Origin: Chrysomallon squamiferum
Taxonomy: Eukaryota > Animalia > Mollusca
NCBI GenBank assembly: GCA_012295275.1
Contig: CM022675.1
Span: 15,748,001 to 15,812,000, forward strand
Direction: 5' to 3'
Length of the DNA: 64,000 bases
Shown here: positions 58,500-64,000 of the stretch, piece after piece
Position numbering within the stretch: the stretch's first letter is position 1
Layout: every line of letters starts with the position of its first letter
The notes under the pieces: model-generated
What the model saw: the letters and a program-made list of their open reading frames with translations, nothing else
Database searches by the model: none
Told to the model about the DNA's origin: nothing
Program-made: the position numbers and the translations under genes

Positions 58500-59570
58500 A
58501 AATTATCCTAACATATTGTGTTTGTATGAATTTCCTAATATATCCTATGATCTGTATAAACTGTCATAACATATCCTACTATCTACATAAATTAACATAT
58601 TCAGTGATCTGTATAAACTGTCCTAACATATCCAACAAGTATACAAACTATCTTAACATTTCCTATGCAAGTAAAAACTGTCCTAATATATCCTACATGT
58701 ACAAATTGCCCTAACATTTCCTACAAACATAAAAATTGTTCGAACATATCCTACTTACGTACAAATGGTCCTAACATTTCCTACACAAGTTCAATTTGTC
58801 CCAATATATCCTACATGTGTATAAATTGTCCTAACATTTCCTGCATACATACAAATGGTCCTAACAAATTTCCCTAACATATCCTACTTATGTACAAATT
58901 TCCTAACATATACATACAAATGGTCCTAACATATCCTACTTATGTACAAATGGTCCTAACATTTCCTACACAAGTACAAATTTCCCTAACATATCCTACT
59001 TATGTACAAACTGTCCTAACATATCCTACTTATGTACAAACTGTCCTAACATATCCTACTTATATACAAGTGGTCCTAACATTTCCTACACAAGTACAAA
59101 TGGTCCTAACATATCCTACTTATATGTACAAACTGTCCTAACATAGCCTACTTATGTACAAATCGTCCTAACATATCCTACACAAGTTCAATTTGTCCTA
59201 ACATTTCCTACTTATGTACAAACTGTCCTAACATATCCTACACAAGTACAAACTGTCCTAACATATCCTACTTATGTACAAACTGTCCTAACATATCCTA
59301 CTTATATACAAATGGTCCTAACATTTCCTACACAAGTACAAATGGTCCTAACATATCCTACTTATATGTACAAACTGTCCTAACATTTCCTACACAAGTT
59401 CAATTTGTCCTAACATTTCCTACATAAGTACAAATTGTCCTAACATATCCTATGTGTACAAATTGTCCTGACATTTCCTACTTATGTACAAAGTGTCTTA
59501 CTGTCCTATCTGTATGAACTGTCATAACGTCCTCATCTGTACAAACTAACATATCCTACTATCTGTATAT
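58500..59570. repeat. 30-bp minisatellite (TCCTAACATATCCTACTTATGTACAAACTG)n, ~27 well-formed units plus degenerate flanks
   Basis: Visible array. The minus-strand unit reads CAGTTTGTACATAAG-TAGGA-TATGT-TAGGA. Confidence 0.93.
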
Positions 59571-59777
59571 TCAAATTTTTCTAACATCCACTTCAGATAG
59601 AATTATACACAGCAAAACTGATGCTTAGTCACAAATGTTTCTATTTAGTTTTAAAATATCAAATTATATTATACTTTAAAACAGATTCTTTTAGCGACAA
59701 TACCTAAACAGCAGTAGTATTATATAACGTAGGAATTTCCTAATAAAAGAAAGCACCTGCAAGAAACCCTATCTTAC

Positions 59778-59872
59778 CTGCATTTAAAGTCTTCTGTGAT
59801 AAATTTCTAACACTATCATCAGTAGTTAAATATAGCTGCTACCTGGACGATTTTGCCTCTAACTTCTGCTAC
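59778..59872 (-). other. 3' UTR exon, or 3' end of an extended UTR exon, of the hnRNP A gene
   Basis: Strong donor CAG|GTAAGA (GT 59777-59776). Possible acceptor ...tttctcttgttctcatgacatgtacAG at 59874-59873. Confidence 0.45.
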
Positions 59873-61329
59873 CTGTACATGTCATGAGAACAAGAGAAAC
59901 AACTCACACGGTATACAGACAGTTCATGCAACCCGAACCTGAAGGTTGATGTCCAGATATACCAATGTTGTATTTTTAAGTTACTTTTGTGAGTGGATGG
60001 TGTAGTTGACAATTTCAAACATTCTTTACTATATATTATTAATTTAATTTTTTTTTTTTTTTTTTTTTGAAAGCTATAGTTAGCAGTAAAGCAAATGTAA
60101 GGAAGAAAGAGTGGAATTGTAAATATATACAGATCTTTAACATCTAAGAGAAACATTTTTTTTTTACAAGTAAGAATTCAGTTTTATTCGAGATTTTTTA
60201 AAAATTTGACGTATTTTCTAAAACTAAGATTTTTGACTGATTATTCTGGATTGCTGTATGTTTGTTTTTAATAAAATTTCAAAGCCTCAAGAATAAAGGA
60301 AACATTTTTAGTGCTAATCAATTTACATAACATCTGAATGTTTAGAATCAACGAACTCAGGGAAATGCTAGTTCAGGTACTTAACATGAAATTATCTGGC
60401 CATGTGTAATAAAAATTAGTTACGAGTAAACTGTATCAAAGGCTACATAATCATACTCTATATTATGCAAAGCAGGTAAACCAAATCATTTTTTGTAACT
60501 TTTCTGTTTTCATTAAAAATTTATGCAGGATAATGGCATATATGTATTTACTACAAATTTGTTATTTTCAAATAAAAAGAAAAAATGTAAGAGGTAAGAT
60601 TTCTGGGGTTTTTTTTATCATTCATTAAATTTACCATTTAATGATGAAGAATTCATCAAATTAAAAGTATGAATGGAAAGATTAAAAAAAAAAGATCTAA
60701 TACTACATCATGCAAACATTTAAGTAGTAAGTGACACTGATAAATATTTATTTCTGATGACAGACTGAACAATGAGATGCACACAGTAAACAAGGCAGGA
60801 CATTTTACAAAAATTAAGATACGAAAATCTAGGAAGTGTCCTTTTTTTTCTCAATATAAAATACTTTCAGAATTGTTTTCTTGTTTAACATCCTTGTAAT
60901 ATCCCAGGTTAGGTCCATGATACAGCATTAATGATATATTTTGATCCACAAGAATGATAATCTTTCCATCAAGAGTAAAAATAAACAGTTGGTTTTTTCC
61001 TTTCATTTCAGTTTTAAGAATATTAATTCTGTAGATTGTGTGAATATTAGAAAAATTTGTCACAAATACTTCAGCCATTTTCATACGAAACAGAAAAGTT
61101 TGAACAGTAATTTCAACATGATAGGATTAATTTTCATAAAACTAGCTGACCATCATCTGTGATTTAGGTAATCTGACGTTGTTGACTTATAAGTAAAACT
61201 TCAGTTGTAATCTCATTTCTGGTTTGGTTAATGCAGCTTTGCAGAATTTCTTTTGTGAATCTGAGGACAGTTCTTCTGACTGAGGTTTCACATATAAACA
61301 ATTATCTTCCAAGCATAGTCTTCATAGTC

Positions 61330-61839
61330 TCATAATTTTGGTATAAATTTTTATTCTGACTTTCCTGCCTTTCAAAGATTTTTTTTTGTTTTCCTGAATA
61401 ACTTGCCTGCCTCAAATAATGAAGATGAATGCCTGTCATTGCCTTTTGGTTTTAGCAGTATTTTTCATAAAAATCTGATTCCGGAACTATCTGTTTTTTT
61501 CTTTATTTTGGATAGATAGCAACTTCATACAGGATATATTTTAGAGCTCTACCTGTTTTTGAAGTAACTTTTATTTTTTAAAAAGTAGTGATTTCTGTCA
61601 TGAGTTTTAATCCTGAATTACCTGCCTGCCTCGAGTTATTTGTGCTGAAGAATTTTTTTTAATTTCCGAATTACCTGCCTGTCAAGATGGATTTGATTGA
61701 ACCTGCTGTAATTTTTCATTTAGTTATGAGTTAACTGTCTGCTTTTAAGTTCCTGTTGTAAATCTAATTGGATGAAAGAATTGGTTCTTGATGAATTTAG
61801 CCCTGTCCATAAATGTGACTTCTGATATCATCTGCCTGC
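61330..61839 (-). other. Main 3' UTR exon of the hnRNP A gene (3' end approximate)
   Basis: Acceptor ctattttaactatatttAG at 61841-61840 pairs with the donor at 62069. AATAAA candidates near 61575, 61507 and 61355. Internal CAG|GTAATT donor-like sites at 61674 and 61621. Confidence 0.6.
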
Positions 61840-62092
61840 CTAAATATAGTTAAAATAGAACTGAACATTAACTGTAACATGAACAATATGATTTGTTGTA
61901 AGATTTTGAAATAAGGTAAATATTAAACCCAAATGAAAATCACTAGATCCACTCTGTAAAGAGTAAGAGGTAATGTATTACTTATTATCAGCTCTGAAAC
62001 AATGTATGATCTCATGTTGAATTACTTGAAGAAGAATGGATTAACTAAGTAAACAGATTATTGTAATACCTGAGATTATCTTTTTCCACTGT

Positions 62093-62175
62093 TCAGTGCT
62101 TTCCATAGCCCCCACTGTAGCTGCCACTGTATCCACCACTGCTACCACCTCCACCATTTCCTCCACTGTATCCAC
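62093..62175 (-). CDS. HNRNPA1: hnRNP A1/A2/B1-family (Hrb87F/Hrb98DE-like) protein, last coding exon: GGYSGGNGGGGSSGGYSGSYSGGYGKH*
   Basis: Acceptor ctttgttacAG 62177-62176, phase-1 continuity with the previous exon, TGA at 62095-62093. The exon continues 23 nt to donor CAG|GTATTA (62069). The symbol denotes the family, not strict orthology. Confidence 0.8.
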
Positions 62176-62424
62176 CTGTAACAAAGTGGATTAGAAATTT
62201 GAGAGAAAAAACAAACATCCTCCACCACAGAAGTTTAGTAACTGAAACTGAATGCTTCAACGTTGATCCCCATTAATAGGAAACAAGATGATAATTTATT
62301 TAATCAACCTCAGAACTTTTTATGACAATGTTGTTATTGCCTATGCTTTATCTTTTTTCAGCCATTTAGTACAATTCCATTGAGTCACTAAGTCATTATT
62401 AACATACAAGCTGTATTTAATTAT

Positions 62425-62557
62425 GTATGTCTCTGCACTGAGATCTGAGCTGTGAAAAGGGAATACAGAGCAGAATTCTCAACACAAAATCTTACTATGG
62501 CACCGAAGGGAAAGTTCAAAAATCACTGAGAAGATACTTGAACAGCAAATGGTGCAA
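62425..62557 (-). ncRNA. Intronic H/ACA box snoRNA, copy 1; predicted guide for 28S rRNA AAGGGAAG-psi-CGGCAA
   Basis: 5' hairpin GCACC-AUUUGCU-GUUCA...UGAAC-UUUCCCUUC-GGUGC, H box AUAGUA (62498-62493) 15 nt from the pocket top, a second hairpin, and ACA at 62430-62428. About 132 nt and sense to the host gene. Confidence 0.82.
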
Positions 62558-62618
62558 AAGGCATCTTAATAAAAATTAATATGTATTTTAATATATTTAT
62601 GTAACAATAATAATTTAC

Positions 62619-62831
62619 CTTGGTAAGGACCCTGACTTCTCTGGGAGTATCCACCACCCTTCATTGAGCCACCCCCATAACTGTCTCCATAGCCTGATCC
62701 AAAAGAATTGCCTCCCCAATTTCCCCCACCCTGAGATGAATAACCTCCTCCATATGAGTCACTGTAACCTCCACTCTGTCCTCCATAGCCACCACTATAT
62801 CCTCCCTGACTACCATAACCACCACCTCCAC
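62619..62831 (-). CDS. HNRNPA1: hnRNP A1/A2/B1-family protein, Gly/Tyr/Ser-rich low-complexity exon with M9-like PY-NLS
   Basis: Acceptor tttgtttttcAG 62833-62832, donor AAG|GTAAAT 62618-62617, 213 nt, phase 1-1. Translates GGGGYGSQGGYSGGYGGQSGGYSDSYGGGYSSQGGGNWGGNSFGSGYGDSYGGGSMKGGGYSQRSQGPYQG, like the M9 segment (GPMKGG...RSSGPY) of hnRNP A1. The RRMs lie outside the window. Confidence 0.82.
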
Positions 62832-63018
62832 CTGAAAAACAAATACTTCAAATATAGACAAATACACAGTAACATCTTATTACAAGTAACAAATTAATGC
62901 CTGTATACAAATCACAGACAAAAGTTGTATCTATATAATCTAAAGCTATATATCTACATGCCAATATCCCACAGCATTGATTTCATCAAACTGTTTTGAA
63001 ACAAGTGAAATGATGTAT

Positions 63019-63147
63019 CAGTGTCTTTGTTCGGACAACTGTACTGGTACAACAAACCCAATGCAGAATTCTCAACAAATTTTATTATCGCACCAAAGGG
63101 AAAGTTAAAAAATCACCAATCAGACAGCTGAACGGCAGACGGTGCTT
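63019..63147 (-). ncRNA. Intronic H/ACA box snoRNA, copy 2
   Basis: GCACC-GUCUGCC-GUUCA...UUAAC-UUUCCCUUU-GGUGC hairpin, H box AUAAUA (63088-63083), ACA 63024-63022. Confidence 0.8.
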
Positions 63148-63704
63148 TGATTTTATTAGCTTCAAAACTGTATTAACTATGTGACTGTTTTTTTGGTAAA
63201 CAGCAAATGCTTGAGAATTAGAAACTTTAAAATGTATCATTACACCTACATTCTAATAATTTATAATTCTAAAAAATAAGTAAGCCTATTATTGGTTAAC
63301 ATGATGAATGTTGTATTTTCTTTTTCTCTATCTTTCTAAAATAAATAAAAATAATAACAAACTTGCTCACCAAATTAAAAAAATATCCTGACTAGTTTAT
63401 TAGGGAAAAGAATTTAAAATTATTAAAAGACTGTTCTTCATATTTTAGTACATGTGTCAATCCAAAGATTTATCATTTCTGAATTTGTTAATAATACAAA
63501 TTAAATATTTTGATATAACTGACTTACTAAAATAAAATTATTATTATCAAAATGAAAGATTAATGTATTAATTAAATTCAGCTTTTAAAAGTAATCTGAG
63601 AATGATTTTATACATATGATAAATGAACACGTGTCACAAATTATTATTAGATTTTAATTATTTGTTTTGTTGTTTTCCTTCAATTTAAGCTGTTTCTATT
63701 TTGA

Positions 63705-63834
63705 AAATGTCCATGATCTGAACATTACACTGATTATGGTTTCAGTGCAAATTTCTCATCTCAGGTTTTTAATGTTGCACCCAAGGGAAAGTTCAGATAT
63801 CACAAAGAAAATATCAGAACGGCAAAAGGTGCAG
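63705..63834 (-). ncRNA. Intronic H/ACA box snoRNA, copy 3
   Basis: GCACC-UUUUGCC-GUUC...GAAC-UUUCCCUUG-GGUGC hairpin, H box ACAUUA (63775-63770), second hairpin with GCACUGA/UCAGUGU stem, ACA 63710-63708. Confidence 0.8.
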
Positions 63835-64000
63835 CCTAAAATAATGTTACAAAGCTAAATGTAATTAAACAAAAATTTACAGACATTTTATGCACTGTAA
63901 AGTGAACTACATTTAGTATCTTAAAGCTAAATGAAGAATGAAATAAAAATATGAAAAATCAGCCCCCACAGGTCGACTATCACTTTTCCAGCTATCAGTA

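Noticed and set aside
57083-59872. Separate protein-coding gene built from the distal minus-strand exons
   Set aside because: The 73-nt exon has stops in all frames, no promoter or start exon is evident, and the longest joined frame is short and preceded by a stop.
62661-62897. ORF-track entries 62661..62867(-) and 62664..62897(+)
   Set aside because: Wrong-frame and antisense shadows of the Gly-rich hnRNP exon 62619-62831.
62890-62995. Box C-like TGATGA on the minus strand in the hnRNP intron
   Set aside because: No downstream CTGA box D or terminal stem at a suitable distance.

Overview
AT-rich eukaryotic (animal) genomic DNA, most likely molluscan judging from degraded SINE and Tc1 sequences recognised from memory, so the taxon is an inference. 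It is dense in microsatellites and minisatellites, and nearly all ORFs in the supplied track are repeat artefacts. (1) At the left edge are the 5' UTR exons, two promoters and probable start codon of an unidentified minus-strand gene that runs off the window. They are followed by a ~47 kb gene-poor, CpG-retaining region with candidate enhancer islands, several satellites and a decayed Tc1/mariner transposase (16.5-17.3 kb). (2) At 53.4-56 kb are two short convergent spliced transcription units, each with a CRE-containing promoter and only small ORFs. (3) At 56.6-64 kb is the 3' end of a minus-strand hnRNP A1/A2-family gene: two Gly/Tyr-rich coding exons with a PY-NLS, three paralogous intronic H/ACA snoRNAs predicted to guide one 28S rRNA pseudouridine, and a multi-exon 3' UTR. 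One putative 3' UTR intron contains a ~30-copy 30-bp minisatellite that gives two UAGGA motifs per unit on the pre-mRNA strand, a candidate autoregulatory binding array for the encoded protein.
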